Shown here: in pieces, positions 1 through 12,006 of the stretch
Position numbering within the stretch: the first letter of the stretch is position 1
How the letters are laid out: every line of letters begins with the position of its first letter
Assembly: GCA_963777945.1 (NCBI GenBank)
Contig: CAVZSN010000010.1
Coordinates: 4,473-68,472 of the forward strand
Length of the DNA: 64,000 nt
DNA from: an uncultured Actinomycetota bacterium
GTDB lineage: Bacteria; Actinomycetota; Thermoleophilia; RBG-16-64-13
Direction of reading: 5' to 3'
Program-made: the position numbers and the translations under genes
Notes under the pieces: model-generated
What the model was told of the DNA's origin: nothing
The model's database searches: none
Seen by the model: only the letters and a program-made list of their open reading frames with translations

Positions 1-349
1 CGAGCAGCAGATGCTTGCCATCGGTCGAGCCCTCATGGCGGAACCCCGTCTGCTGCTCCTCGACGAGCCTTCGATGGGGCTCGCTCCGATCATCGTGCGC
101 GATATCTTCGCCACGCTACGGAGACTCAACGAGGAGGGCCTCACCATGCTTCTCGTCGAGCAGGACGCCCGCATCGCGTTGACGCTGGCGCATCGCGGAC
201 TGGTGATGGAGCGGGGCAGGTTCGTGCTGGCCGATTCGGCCAAGGCTTTGCTGGAGAATCCCGAGGTGCGCGCCATCTACTTCGGCCGCCGTACCGAGAA
301 CAGGCGGGAAGAGCGGTCGGCGAAAGAGACGTCCAGGGAGAAGGCATGA
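1..349 (+). CDS. livF: Branched-chain amino acid ABC transporter ATP-binding subunit, 5' truncated by the window edge
   Basis: EQQMLAIGRALMAEPRLLLLDEPSMGLAP (signature tail and Walker B), LLVEQ, VRAIYFG C-terminus. Confidence 0.88.
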   Translation, partial: EQQMLAIGRALMAEPRLLLLDEPSMGLAPIIVRDIFATLRRLNEEGLTMLLVEQDARIALTLAHRGLVMERGRFVLADSAKALLENPEVRAIYFGRRTENRREERSAKETSREKA

Positions 350-1645
350 ACGAGATCTGGAACCCTGAGTACGAGAGCATGAGCAGGGACGAACTGCGCG
401 AGTTGCAGTTCAAGCGACTGCAGATGACCCTGCGGTGGACCTACGAGAACGTGCCTCTCCATCGCGACCGCTGGTCGGCCATGAAGCTCAAGCCCGGAGA
501 CATCCGCTCTCTGGAGGACGTCCGGAAGCTGCCGTTCACGGTCAAGAGCGACTTCAAGGCCGCCTATCCCTACGGTCTCTTCGCGCTGCCCCTGGAGAAG
601 GTCATCCGCATACACTCGTCGTCGGGCAACATCTCCAACGCGACCGTGGTCGGCTACAGCCGGGGCGATCTGAACACCTGGTCGGAGCTCTGCGCCCGGG
701 TGGCGGTGGCCGGGGGCGCGCACTCGCACGACGTGGCGCAGATCAGCTTCGAATACGGTCTGACCACCGGAGGCTTCGGCATGCATGCCGGCCTGGAGAG
801 AGTGGGCGTAACCGTGGTGCCCGCCTCGACCGGCAACACCCAGCGGCAGTTGCAGATCATGCGCGATTTCAAGACCACGGTGCTCGTGGGGACGCCTTCG
901 TACGCCATGCACATGACCGAAGTGGCGCCCCGGCTTGGATACGACCTGAAGGCGCTCGATCTGAGGGTCGCTCTGCTGGGCTCCGAGCCCTGGACCAACG
1001 AGGTACGCGCCGAGTTGGAACGGCGTACCGGCATGTCGGCCAGCGACATCTACGGGCTGTCGGAGGTGATCGGACCGGGCGTGTCCTACGAATGCTGGAA
1101 CAAGGACGGCCTTCACATCAGCGAGGACCACTTTCTGGTGGAGGTCGTCGATCCCGCTACCGGCGAGCCGGTGCCCGACGGCAAAGAGGGGGAGCTGGTA
1201 TTCACCTCTCTCACCAAGGAGGCTCTGCCCGTCATCCGCTATCGAAGCGGCGACCTGGCCAGTCTCAGCTACAGGCCCTGCGCGTGCGGACGGGTGTTCG
1301 CGCGACACAGCAAGGTGTACGCCCGGACCGACGACATGCTCATCATCCGGGGCGTGAACGTGTACCCCGCGTCGATCGAGGCGGTGCTCGCCGATATCGA
1401 AGGAGTGGAGCCCAGCTACCAGATCATCGTGTTCCGGGAAGGAGCGCTCGACCAGATCGAGATCCAGATCGAGGTGGAGCTCGTCCTTCTTCGCCGATAC
1501 GGTGCGCAAGCTGCAGGCCTTCCAGCAGCGCGTCGAGGAACGGATGCGCCAGGAGTTGGGCATACGGCCGCGAGTGCGGCTGGTGGAACCGAGGACCATC
1601 CCCGCATCTTCCGGCGCGGCGGGCCGCGTGATAGACAACCGCTGA
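346..1645 (+). CDS. paaK: Phenylacetate--CoA ligase family protein with degenerate catalytic motifs; one indel near 1477
   Basis: [45 protein letters not shown]; shifted-frame C-terminus [10 protein letters not shown]...RVIDNR ends at TGA 1643-1645. Confidence 0.85.
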
Positions 1646-1736
1646 CCGGGCGGCGGGAGCGTTTCTGATACACTGCCCGGACGGCATTGGAGGGGCGGCC
1701 GGGGCCGCCCTTGGAGGATCCCTGGAGGAGAGAACG

Positions 1737-2948
1737 GTGGAGAACCACGATTTCCTGTTCACGTCGGAGTCGGTCAGCGAAGGCCATCCCGACAAGATCG
1801 CCGACCAGATCTCGGACGCCGTGCTCGACGCGGTGCTCAAGGACGATCCGATGGGGCACGTGGCCTGCGAGACACTCATCACCACCGGCCTGGTCGTGGT
1901 GTCCGGCGAGATCAGCACCTCAACGTATGTGGATGTGCCCTCGCTGGTGCGCAAGACCATCGAGCGCATCGGCTACACCCGCGCCAAGTACGGGTTCGAC
2001 GCGTCCACCTGCGGCGTGGTCACCGCCATCCACGAGCAGTCCCCCGATATCGCCCAGGGTGTCCAGGCAGCGCTCGAGTGCCGGGTGGATCCCACCGACG
2101 GGGACGCGCTCGACTGCCAAGGCGCGGGCGATCAGGGCATGATGTTCGGCTACGCCTGCCGCGACACGGCCGAGCTTATGCCCATGCCCATCTCGCTGGC
2201 GCATCGCCTCGTGCACCGCATGAGCGAGGTCCGCAAGGGCAACGTGGTCCCGTATCTGCGTCCCGACGGCAAGAGCCAGGTGACGGTGAAGTACTCCAAG
2301 GGCAGACCCGAGTTCATCACCGCCGTGGTCATCTCCACCCAGCACGCCGACGGCATCGACATCGACACGCTTCTGCGCCCCGACCTCGTCGACCACGTGA
2401 TCAGACCGGTGCTGCCGGAGGGGCTCTACGACCCCGAGTTCAAGAAGACCAAGCTCTTCGTCAACCCCACCGGCAAGTTCGTCATCGGTGGTCCCATGGG
2501 CGACACCGGTCTCACCGGGCGCAAGATCATCGTCGACACCTACGGCGGGTTCGGCCGTCACGGCGGCGGCGCCTTCTCGGGCAAGGACCCCTCCAAGGTC
2601 GACCGTTCGGCCGCGTACGCGGCGCGCTACGTGGCCAAGAACATCGTCGCAGCCGGGCTGGCCGATCGCTGCGAAGTCCAGATCGCCTATGCCATCGGCG
2701 TGGCGCATCCGGTGAGCGTGATGGTCGATTGCTTCGGCACCGAGAATGTGAGCCAGGCGACCATCCAGGAGCTCGTCCTCAGTCACTTCGACCTTCGGCC
2801 GGCCGCGATCATCCGCGACCTCAGGCTGCTGCGGCCCATCTACGAGAAGACCGCCGCCTACGGTCATTTCGGCCGCGAGGACGCCGATTTCACGTGGGAG
2901 AGCACCGACAAGGCGGAGGCCCTGCGCAGCGACGCCGGTCTGAGCTAG
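1737..2948 (+). CDS. metK: S-adenosylmethionine synthetase
   Basis: Intact 403-aa ORF; [35 protein letters not shown]. Confidence 0.98.
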   Translation: MENHDFLFTSESVSEGHPDKIADQISDAVLDAVLKDDPMGHVACETLITTGLVVVSGEISTSTYVDVPSLVRKTIERIGYTRAKYGFDASTCGVVTAIHEQSPDIAQGVQAALECRVDPTDGDALDCQGAGDQGMMFGYACRDTAELMPMPISLAHRLVHRMSEVRKGNVVPYLRPDGKSQVTVKYSKGRPEFITAVVISTQHADGIDIDTLLRPDLVDHVIRPVLPEGLYDPEFKKTKLFVNPTGKFVIGGPMGDTGLTGRKIIVDTYGGFGRHGGGAFSGKDPSKVDRSAAYAARYVAKNIVAAGLADRCEVQIAYAIGVAHPVSVMVDCFGTENVSQATIQELVLSHFDLRPAAIIRDLRLLRPIYEKTAAYGHFGREDADFTWESTDKAEALRSDAGLS

Positions 2949-2994
2949 GCGGCCGCTCGGTGCACATAGCGACGGGGGCCGCTGGAGGACGCAA

Positions 2995-5221
2995 GTGGCG
3001 CCTATCTCGGTCGAGGACAAGGGGCGGGTCGCCCGCACGGTCGTCCTTCTGCGCCTGCACCACCTAGGCGACCGGCGGTTCGACTACCGCATCCCCCCGG
3101 AGTTGGTCGATTCCGTGCGGGTCGGCTCGATTGTCACTGTTCCCTTCGGAAGCCGGAAGGCCCGAGGGGTGGTGGTAGAGGTCGTGGCGCGAGGCCGAGG
3201 TGCCCCCAGACGGTCTGCGGGACATCGAGGACGTCGCCCCGGATCGCGTCCCTCTCGAGCTTCTCCAGCTGGCGGAGGCCATGTCCGCTCGATATCTCTG
3301 CTCTCTGGAGTCGTGTCTTCGCTTGGTCGTGCCCGTGGGCAGCGCAAACGTGCGCCGGTCCCGACGGCGTCCGACGCCGCGGACTGGGTCGTCCGAGTGC
3401 CGGAGAGCGAGGCGCCGCAACGACTCACGGTGAAGCAGCAAGGAGGTGCTCGACGCCATCCCGATGAAGGACTGCCTGCGCGGGCGCTTCTGCGCGAGGC
3501 GGGCGTGGGGAGAGGCGTGCTGCTCACCCTGTCGGCCAAGGGGCTCATCGCGTTCCAGGAAGGGGAGGAAGGGAGCGATCCCACGGAGGGGGCCGGCCCG
3601 AGCGTCACAGACGCGAAGGACATCCCCGATCTGTGGCCGGAGCAGGAGCAGGGCGGTGGCCGAGCTTACCGCATGCCTTCGACGAGCCCGGTCTGACGTC
3701 CCGCCTGCTGTGGGGGGTGACCGGCAGCGGCAAGACCGAGGTATACCTGCGGCTCATCCGGCATGCGCTCGACCAAGGACGCGGGGCGATCCTGCTGGTG
3801 CCCGAGATCGCCCTCACTCCTCAGACCATCCAGCGGGTAAGGGCCCGGTTCGGCGCGAGCGTCGGGGTGTTCCACAGCGGCCTGCCGCCGGCCCAACGCG
3901 TCCGGGAGTACCGGCGGGTCGCATCGGGGAAGGCAACGATCGTGGTGGGGGCCCGATCGGCCGTCTTCGCCCCTGTGAAAGACCTGGGCCTCATCGTCAT
4001 CGACGAGTCGCATGATGGCTCGTACAAGCAGGAGGAGGAGCCGAGGTATCAGGTCAGGACGGTGGCGGGACTGCGTCTGCAGGAGACGGGCGGACTTCTG
4101 CTGGAGGGAAGCGCCACGCCGGCGGTGGAGACCATGGTGACCCCAGAAGAGCCGGGTGCGCCTCTCGCTGCGCGCCTCCGGGACGCCGCCCGAGGTCGAG
4201 GTGGTCGACATGCGCCGGCAGGGAGCGGGTCTGCTGCTGGCGCCCCGATCCCGGGACGCGCTGGCCCGGGTATTGCGCCGCGGGGAGCAGGCGATCCTGC
4301 TGCTCAACCGCCGCGGTTACGCGGGGTACGTCCACTGCGACACGTGCGGACACGCGCTGATGTGCGCGGATTGCGAGCTGTCGCTCACCTACCACAGGCG
4401 CGATCGGCAGGCTCCTCTGTCACCACTGCGGCCGCGCCTACGCGCAGCCGGCGGCGTGTCCCTCGTGCGGCGAGGCGCCGCTCACGCGCGCGGCCCCGGG
4501 CACCGAACGGCTCGACCGGGAGCTACGAACACTGGTGCCGGGCGACCAGGTGTTCCGCATGGACTCCGACGTGGCCGGGGGCGCCGCCCGCACGCAGACC
4601 ATCCTCCAGACGCTTCGGGGCCGCCTCACCGGGGGTCCTTGTGGGTACCCAGATGGTGGCGAAAGGTCACGACTTCCCCGACGTCACCTTGGTGGTGGTG
4701 GCTGACGCCGATGTGGGGCTGTACGTCCCCGACTTCCGAGCCGCCGAGCGGACGTTCCAGTTGCTCACCCAGGTGGCCGGCAGAGCAGGGCGTGCGGACC
4801 GCCCCGGCCGGGTCCTGGTGCAGACCTGGAATCCCGACGGTGCCCTGCATTAGAATGGCGCTGGAGCGGGATGAGGAAGGCTTCTACCGGGAAGAGTTGG
4901 CCATCAGAGAACGGCTGGGTTATCCTCCGTTCGCCGATCTGATCAGGCTGGTGACATCTTCGACCGGCGCCGAACAGGCTCAAGGGGCTGCTCGACATCT
5001 GCTGGAGGGGCTGAGCCCTCATTTCGGAAGCGGCGAACTCCACGGTCCTGCATCGCTGCCACGTCTGCGTGGCCGGTATCGTTGGCAGGTAGTGGTCGCC
5101 GCCCGCCGCGGAGAGCGGGCGCGGACTCTGGTTGGACAGGGCGCTCGAACAGCTGGAGGAGCCGTATCGCCGGCGCGGCGTCACCCTTCTGGTGGATGTC
5201 GATCCTCTGTCGTTCGCTTGA
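2995..5221 (+). CDS. priA: Primosomal protein N' (several indels)
   Basis: FDYRIP, GVTGSGKTEVY, LVPEIALTPQ, IVIDESHDGSYKQ, CxxC zinc motifs, GTQMVAKGHDFP, QVAGRAGR, ends VDVDPLSFA*. Confidence 0.93.
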
Positions 5222-5253
5222 ACGTCTAGCCACTTCGTTCCTGTGAGGGCAGG

Positions 5254-5805
5254 ATGGCACGCAAGAACGACCCATATCGACAGTCTGGGGACGAAGCTCC
5301 CCTCGAGCGTTTGCGGACCTTGGGCGACCCGGCTCTGCGTCAGCAGACCCACCTCGTCACCGTCTTCGACTCGCGGCTGGAGAGACTTGCCGCGGTCATG
5401 ATGGAAGTCATGCATCGCGAGGAAGGCGTCGGACTAGCGGCGCCGCAGATAGGGGTCCTCAGCCGTGTGATGGTGTGGAGAGATCCCGAGAACGAACACG
5501 AGGAGTACGTCTTCGTGAATCCGGTGGTCACCGTTTCGTCGGAAGCCTGCAGCACGGAGGGCGAGGGTTGTCTCTCCGTGCCCGGCTGCACCGTCGAAGT
5601 CAGCCGTGCCGACGAGGTCACGGTGGAAGCGCAGGACCTCAAGGGAACGCCACTGACGCTCGAGGCCGCTGGGATGGTGGCTCGGATCATGCAGCACGAG
5701 ATCGATCACCTGGACGGTCGTCTGATCTTGGACCGGGCCTCTCCCGAAGAGAGACGCCGGGCCCTCAAGGAACTGCGCGAGCAGTCGCTGGCGAAAGACG
5801 CGTGA
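5254..5805 (+). CDS. def: Peptide deformylase
   Basis: GVGLAAPQIG, EGCLSVPG, QHEIDHLDG; intact ORF. Confidence 0.97.
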   Translation: MARKNDPYRQSGDEAPLERLRTLGDPALRQQTHLVTVFDSRLERLAAVMMEVMHREEGVGLAAPQIGVLSRVMVWRDPENEHEEYVFVNPVVTVSSEACSTEGEGCLSVPGCTVEVSRADEVTVEAQDLKGTPLTLEAAGMVARIMQHEIDHLDGRLILDRASPEERRRALKELREQSLAKDA

Positions 5806-6793
5806 ACTTCGCGTTTGCAGGCACGCCGGACTTCGCGGCCTGGACGCTGGACCACTTGGCGGCCATGGGTCGTCTTCCCTGCCTGGTCATCTCTCAGCCC
5901 GACCGGCCGAGAGGCCGGGGACGCCGCGCGACCCCGCCTCCGGCGGCGGTCGCCGCGACCCGACTGGGCGTGACCGCTCATCCAGCCCGCCGATATCAAC
6001 GATGCGGCCGTGCTCGAGCGTCTGCGGGAGTCGGGGGCCGACGCACTGGTCGTGGCTTCGTTCGGCCAGATCCTGCGCAGCCGCCTTCTCGACGCGATCC
6101 TCTGCCTGAACATCCATGCGTCTCTTCTGCCCGCCTACCGCGGGGCCGCCCCTATCGAGCGGGCTCTGGCGGCGGGCGAGGATCACACCGGGGTCACCAT
6201 CATGCGGATCACCGAGAAGCTCGACTCGGGGCCGTGGGCGCTCAAGACATCCCTTTCCCTCGGCCTCCGCGACGACGCAGGCTCGGTGCGCCGCGCGCTC
6301 GCGTTCCTGGGCGCTCAGGGGGTTCATCAGGCGCTCGCCGGGCTGGAGGACGGCACCGTGGAATGGATGGAGCAGGAGGGCGAGCACTGTCTACGCCGAC
6401 AAGCTCGCCCCGGCGGACTGCGTGCTTGACACTCTCCGTTCTGCCCGCGCGGTCCACGACCAGGTACGGGCCCTCAGCCCCCGCGTGGGAGTACGTGTGG
6501 CAAGTGGCGGCGTGCAGTTCAAAGTCTGGCGCACCTGGCCGTACGGGCAGCCGGGACTGGCGGACACTCCCGTCGAGGCGCGCTCGGTCGCCGGCCGTCC
6601 CGGTCTGCTCCTGGCGGGCTCCCACCGACTCTTCGTCGGCTCCGGCGAGGGATTGGTGGAGCTACTCAGCGTTCAACCTAATGGCAGGAACGTCATGGGA
6701 GCGGCGGCGTTCCTTCGGGGGTATCGGAGGAAGTTGAGCGATCGTCTGGATCCCGTTACCGACATGTCCGCTTCATTGGCGGATGACGCGTAA
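5802..6793 (+). CDS. fmt: Methionyl-tRNA formyltransferase (indels)
   Basis: FAGTPDFA, SQPDRPRGRG, NIHASLLPAYRGAAPI, LDSGP; directly follows def. Confidence 0.93.
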
Positions 6794-6806
6794 GGCGAGG
6801 TATCAG

Positions 6807-7510
6807 GTGTCTATCCCCACGAGCATCTACCGAGAACTCCATCTTCTGCCCTCCATCCTGTCGGCCGACTTCTCCCGGTTGGGAGAGGAGATCGACGCGG
6901 TGATGGATGTCGGGGTGCGGATGATCCACTGCGACGTGATGGACGGGCACTTCGTCCCCAATCTGACCATTGGGCCGGCGGTGGTCGGCGCGATCGCCCC
7001 CGAGGTGCACGACCGGGGAGGCTTTCTCTCGGTCCACCTCATGATCGAGCGGCCCGAGGAGTTCGTCGACGAGTTCGCGCACGCGGGAGCAGACGCGCTG
7101 AGTCTGCATGTCGAGGCTTGCGCCCATCTCTACCACGCCATCGAGTCCATCAAGGCCCTGGGGATGGGAGCCGGGGTGGCCATCAACCCCGGCACCCACG
7201 TCTCGCGGATCGAGGACGTGGCCGGGCTGGTCGACTTCGTGCTGGTCATGACGGTCAACCCAGGTTTCGGCGGACAGCAGCTCATCCCGTCGGCGCTCGA
7301 GAAGGTGCCGGGGGTCAGGGCGTTGGTGCCGGCCGGATGTGGCCATCGAACTTGATGGGGGTGTCCAGCGGGCGAACATCCGCGAGGTGGTCGAGATGGG
7401 AGCCAACTGGATCGTCGCCGGCTCGGCGGTGTTCGGCGCTCCCGACCCGGGGGTCGAAGCGCGAGGCGCTGCAGGCGCTCATGGCGGGAGAGAGCCGGGC
7501 GATGTGGTAG
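6807..7510 (+). CDS. rpe: Ribulose-phosphate 3-epimerase (indels)
   Basis: PSILSADF, HCDVMDGHFVPNLTIG, HLMIE, VMTVNPGFGGQ, ELDGGV, VAGSAVF. Confidence 0.95.
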
Positions 7511-7544
7511 ATTCTCTCCCGCACCTCTGAGGTGCGGAACGATA

Positions 7545-7662
7545 TGTGGTCTTCGGGGTCGGGTGAGATTCCCTACCGGCGGTTACAGCCCGCGAGCCCT
7601 ACGGGGCAGACCAGGTGAGATGCCTGGGCCGACAGTGAAAGTCTGGAAGAGAGAAGACCGGA
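7545..7662 (+). promoter_or_regulatory. FMN riboswitch (RFN element)
   Basis: GGTCTTCGGGGTCGGGTGAGATTCCCTACCGGCGGTTACAGCCCGCGAGC...AGACCAGGTGAGATGCCTGGGCCGACAGTGAAAGTCTGGAAGAGAGAAGACC follows the RFN consensus; P1 is GGTCTTC/GAAGACC; lies directly upstream of ribD. Confidence 0.96.
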
Positions 7663-7682
7663 GCGCGTCTGTCGCTCTACCG

Positions 7683-7714
7683 ACCCCTGGGCCAGGAGGC
7701 TCGAGGGGTTTTTT
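7683..7714 (+). terminator. Intrinsic terminator, expression platform of the FMN riboswitch
   Basis: Stem ACCCCT-GGGCC / GGCTC-G-AGGGGT running into a T6 tract (7709-7714). Confidence 0.8.
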
Positions 7715-7721
7715 GTTGGGG

Positions 7722-8913
7722 TTGGACGCACACGACGTCCTCATGCTCGAGCGGGCGTTCTCTCTGGCGGAGAAGGGCGGGGTTGCACGCAGCCCCAACC
7801 CCGTGGTGGGCGCGGTCATCGTCGGCGACGGCCGGGTTCTGGGCGAGGGTTACCACGTGGGTCCGGGGCGCGACCACGCCGAGATCGTGGCGATCAAGGA
7901 CGCGGTACGCCGCGCGAGGCGCCGGCACTGCAGCGGAGGACGCGCCGCTCGACTCGGACATGGCCCGGGCGGTATGCGCCGGGACGACCTGTACGTGACT
8001 CTGGAGCCCTGCTGCACGTACGGACGTACCCCGCCGTGCACTTCGGCGCTGTCGCCGCCGGGTTCGCTCGGGTGGTGGTGGGCGCGATCGATCCCACTCC
8101 GGCGGTGAACGGTCGGGGATCGAGACATTCTGCGCGAGGCCGGCATGCCGGTCGATCTGGCAGAGGGGGACGCTCGGCCTGCGGATGAAGCGGCAGAACG
8201 ACGGGCTGCGCAAGACGGTGGTCACCGGTCTGCCGTTCGTCACGTACAAGTACGCGATGACGGTGGACGGCCGCACTCGCCACCGATACGCGGCGACTCT
8301 CGGTGGATCTCCGGCCCGGAGAGCCGAGCGCTGGTGCATCAGTGGCGGGCGTGGTCTGACGCGGTGCGTGGTGGGGGCGGGTACCGCGGAGGCCGACGAC
8401 CCTCGGCTGACGGCGCGCGAGGTCGACTGCGACAGGCAGCCTCTTCGGGTCGTGGTCGGCGCGAGCAGACAGCCTCACCCGACGAGAGCGCACTTGTGAG
8501 GACGCGTAGCCGACGGGCCCGGTGCTCGTGATCGCGGGACCAGCGAGACTGGCCGACGCACCGTCGGAGCGAGCTGCAGAGCCTGGGGGCTTGAGGTCGA
8601 CGATCGTCCGGCGACGCGCGGACGGGCTGATCGATCCTCGGTCGGTGGCGCGAGCTTCTCGCCGCCCGGGGGGTGCAGACGGTCCTGCTCGAGGGCGGCC
8701 CCAGGCTGGCCGGGTCGTGGTGGGAAGCGGGCCTCATCGACAAGGTCGCGGCCTTCGTGTGCCCGCAAGTCGCGCCCGGACTCGAACATCGCGGGCGCGC
8801 TTGCGGTCCCGGGGCCGTGCTGCATGGAGGAAGCGTCGGCGCTGCGGGAGGTCGAGATGACGACGGTGGGACCCGACGTGCTGATGACCGGCTACACGGG
8901 GGACGTGTACTGA
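7722..8913 (+). CDS. ribD: Riboflavin biosynthesis deaminase/reductase (many indels)
   Basis: SPNPVVGAVIV, HAE, LYVTLEPCC..GRTPPC, KYAMTVDG, DDPRLTAR, VLLEGGPRL. Confidence 0.93.
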
Positions 8914-9585
8914 TGTTCACCGGGCTCGATCGAAGAGGTGGGTGTCGTCCGGCGTCTGGAGCGCGGGCCGGGAGGGCGGCAGGCTCAGCGTGCGCGCCAA
9001 GACGGTGCTCGAAGGCACGAAGATGGGCGACTCCATCGCCGTGAGCGGCGCCTGCCTCACGGTGATCGCCCTGGACGGTGAGGGGTTCATCGTGGAGTGC
9101 ATGCCCGAGACTCTGACGCGGACCACTCTCGGCCAGGCGGGGCCCGGCTCTCTGGTCAACCTGGAACGCTCGTTGCTGTGGGGAGACCGGCTCGGCGGTC
9201 ATCTGGTCTTGGGACACGTCGACGCCGTGGGTGAGGTCCTCGGCGTCCGCCGCGAGGGGATCGCCTGGGAGGTGCGGGTCTCGCTGCCGTGCGACCTTGC
9301 CGGGCTGCGTCGCCGCGAAAGGGTCGATAGCCATCGACGGCATCTCGCTCACGGTGATGCGCGTGGACGACGAGAGCTTCGAGGTGGGGATCATTCCCCA
9401 CACTCTGAAGGAGACGACACTGCGCGCGGTCGCGGCCGGGTCTGCGGGTGAATCTGGAGGCCGATGTGCTCGCCCGGTACGTGCTGCAGTCAGTGCGGCA
9501 TCGCTGAGCGGCGGGGCGGCTTCGGGGCTTGCCGGCGACCGGAGGTCTTACCGAGGAGTTCCTTCGCGAACAGGGGTTCGCGTGA
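8913..9585 (+). CDS. ribE: Riboflavin synthase, alpha chain (indels)
   Basis: MFTG start overlapping the ribD stop; GDSIAVSGACLTV, VNLER, RLGGHLVLGHVD, KGSIAIDGISLTV, IIPHTL. Confidence 0.94.
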
Positions 9586-9601
9586 ACAGAGGAGCTACAG
9601 C

Positions 9602-10865
9602 ATGAGTGAGCACGTAGGATTCGCCACGATCGAGGAGGCGCTCGAGGAGATCAGAGAGCGGCAGGATGGTCGTGGTGGTCGACGATGAGGACCGGGAGAA
9701 CGAGGGCGACCTCACCATGGCCGCCCAGTTCGTCACGCCCGAGGCGGTCAACTTCATGGCGCGCACGGCCGCGGGCTCATCTGCCTGTCGCTCACGGCGG
9801 AGCGGGCCGAGGAGCTGCATCTGCTGCCCATGGTGCGCAGCAACACGTCGCGGTTCGGCACGGCGTTCACGGTCATCGATCGAGGCGCGCGAGGGGGTGA
9901 CCACCGGCATCTCGGCGGCCGACCGGGCCCATACCATGCAGGTGGCCATCGACCCACGCAGCCGTCCGGAGGACCTGGTGCAGCCCGGCCACGTGTTCCC
10001 GCTGATCGCCAAGAGCCGGCGGCGTGCTCGCGCGCGCCGGCCAGACCGAGGCGGCGGTCGATCTGGCCCGCCTGGCGGGACTGATCCCCGCCGGGGTCAT
10101 CTGCGAGGTCATGAACGACGACGGGACCATGGCGCGGGTGCCGGATCTGCTCGAGTATTGCGCGCCGGCACGGTCTGAAGATGGTCACGGTGGCCGACCT
10201 CATCCGCTACCGCCGGCGCACGGAGAAGCTCGTGCGGCCGGTGGCGGTGGTGCAGATGCCCACTCGGTTCGGCGACTTCGTCGCCCACGGTTACGAAAGC
10301 ATGCTGGACGGCGAACAGCATCTGGCGCTTGGTCAAGGGCGACGTGGCCGGCAAGGAGAACGTGCTGGTCCGCGTGCATTCGGAGTGCCTGACGGGCGAT
10401 GTCTTCCACTCCATGCGCTGCGACTGCGGCGAGCAGCTACAGGCCGCTCTGGAGCGCATCGACAAGGAAGGAGCTGGAGTGCTGCTCTACATGGCCCAGG
10501 AAGGCCGGGGGATCGGCCTGCTCAACAAGCTGCGGGCCTACGAGCTGCAGGAACAGGGGCTCGACACCGTGGAGGCCAACGTCGAGCTGGGATTCGCCCC
10601 CGATCTGCGCGACTACGGTATCGGCGCTCAGATCCTTGTGGACCTGGGGCTCACCTCCATCCGCATCATGACCAACAATCCGCGCAAGCTGGTGGGTCTC
10701 GAAGGCTACGGCCTCACCATCACGGAGAGGGTGCCGCTGGAGGTCAAACCCACCCGGGCCAACGTCAAGTATCTGCGGGTCAAGAAGGAGAAGCTGGGCC
10801 ACATCCTGCATCACCAGGGACTGCAATACCCGGAATCGGACGGAAAGGACGAGAGCGATGGATAG
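9602..10865 (+). CDS. ribBA: Bifunctional DHBP synthase / GTP cyclohydrolase II (indels)
   Basis: [74 protein letters not shown]. Confidence 0.96.
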
Positions 10866-11348
10866 CAAGGGACGGGTCTACGAGGGCGTCCTCACTGGAG
10901 AGGGTCTTCGGTTCGCCGTCGTGGTGAGCCGGTTCAACGAGTTCATCAGCAGCAAGCTGCTGTCAGGAGCCTGGGACTGTCTCACCCGGCACGGCGCCGA
11001 GCCCCGAGGACATCGATGTGGCGTGGGTGCCAGGAGCCATGGAGATCCCGCTCATCGCACAGCGTCTGGCCGCGACCAAGAGGTACGACGCGGTCATGTG
11101 CCTCGGGCGCCGTCATCCGCGGCTCCACGCCGCATTTCGACTACGTCTCGGCCGAAGTGGCCAAAGGAGTGGCCAAGGTGCAGTTGGACGCCGGGTTGCC
11201 GGTCATCTTCGGCGTGCTCACCACCGACAGCATCGAGCAGGCCGTGGAGCGGGCCGGGACCAAAGCCGGCAACAAGGGCTGGGACGCGGCGGTCTCGGCT
11301 CTGGAGATGGCGAACCTCGTCCGCAGGATGGACCAGCCGGAAGCCTAG
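10858..11348 (+). CDS. ribH: 6,7-dimethyl-8-ribityllumazine synthase (indels)
   Basis: [45 protein letters not shown]. Confidence 0.95.
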
Positions 11349-11433
11349 ACGGTCAGGGTCCGTCCGGGAAAGGCTGGGGAAGAGCTGCGGGCGGCGGGCG
11401 GTGGCTGCACCGCACGGTCCGGGCTGCGAACCG

Positions 11434-11628
11434 TCAGGCGACCTTCTGCACTTTGTTCGCCTTGAGGCACTTGGCGCAGACGTACGCTCTGGGTCGGCTC
11501 TGCCGTCGAGTTCGATGCGAACCTTCTGGACGTTGGGGTCCCAACGCCGCGGGGTCGCGCGCATGGAGTGGCTGCGGTTGTTGCCGAAGCTGGGCTTTCT
11601 TGCCGCATATGACGCACACTTTGGACAT
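11434..11628 (-). CDS. rpmB: 50S ribosomal protein L28, zinc-binding form (indels)
   Basis: [45 protein letters not shown]. Confidence 0.93.
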   Translation of the reverse strand: MSKVCVICGKKAQLRQQPQPLHARDPAALGPQRPEGSHRTRRQSRPRAYVCAKCLKANKVQKVA

Positions 11629-11785
11629 GTGAGACTCGCTCTTCGATCTGGGTTGCCGAACGGAGCGCCATAGTATGCCGCATAGGCGGGGCATCTGACA
11701 AGATGAATCGCCGGAAGATGGCGACAGAGCGGGTTGTGCGGTAGGGTATATACCTGAGCATGGTCAACGCGCGATCGGGGAGGAG

Positions 11786-12006
11786 ATGGCCATCTTTACC
11801 AAGGACATGCCGATGATGGAGGCCCTACAGGCCGATCCTCGCGCCAAAGACGTCTTCGCCGCCTACGGTATGGGATGCATCGGCTGCATGGGTGTGAGCA
11901 TGGAGTCCATCGAGGACGGCGCGAAGATGCACGGCATCGATCCCAATGTCGTCGTCACCGACTTGAACAAGCTTGTGCCGAACGAGGGAATCCTCGGGCG
12001 AATGAG
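11786..12006 (+). CDS. DUF1858-type small Cys-containing protein; 3' end approximate
   Basis: [11 protein letters not shown]...[31 protein letters not shown]; RBS GGAGGAG. Confidence 0.75.

Noticed and set aside
1675-1736. Known-class SAM riboswitch upstream of metK
   Set aside because: Too short for SAM-I/IV and lacks their core; the resemblance to SAM-VI has no P1 partner. Kept only as a weak finding.
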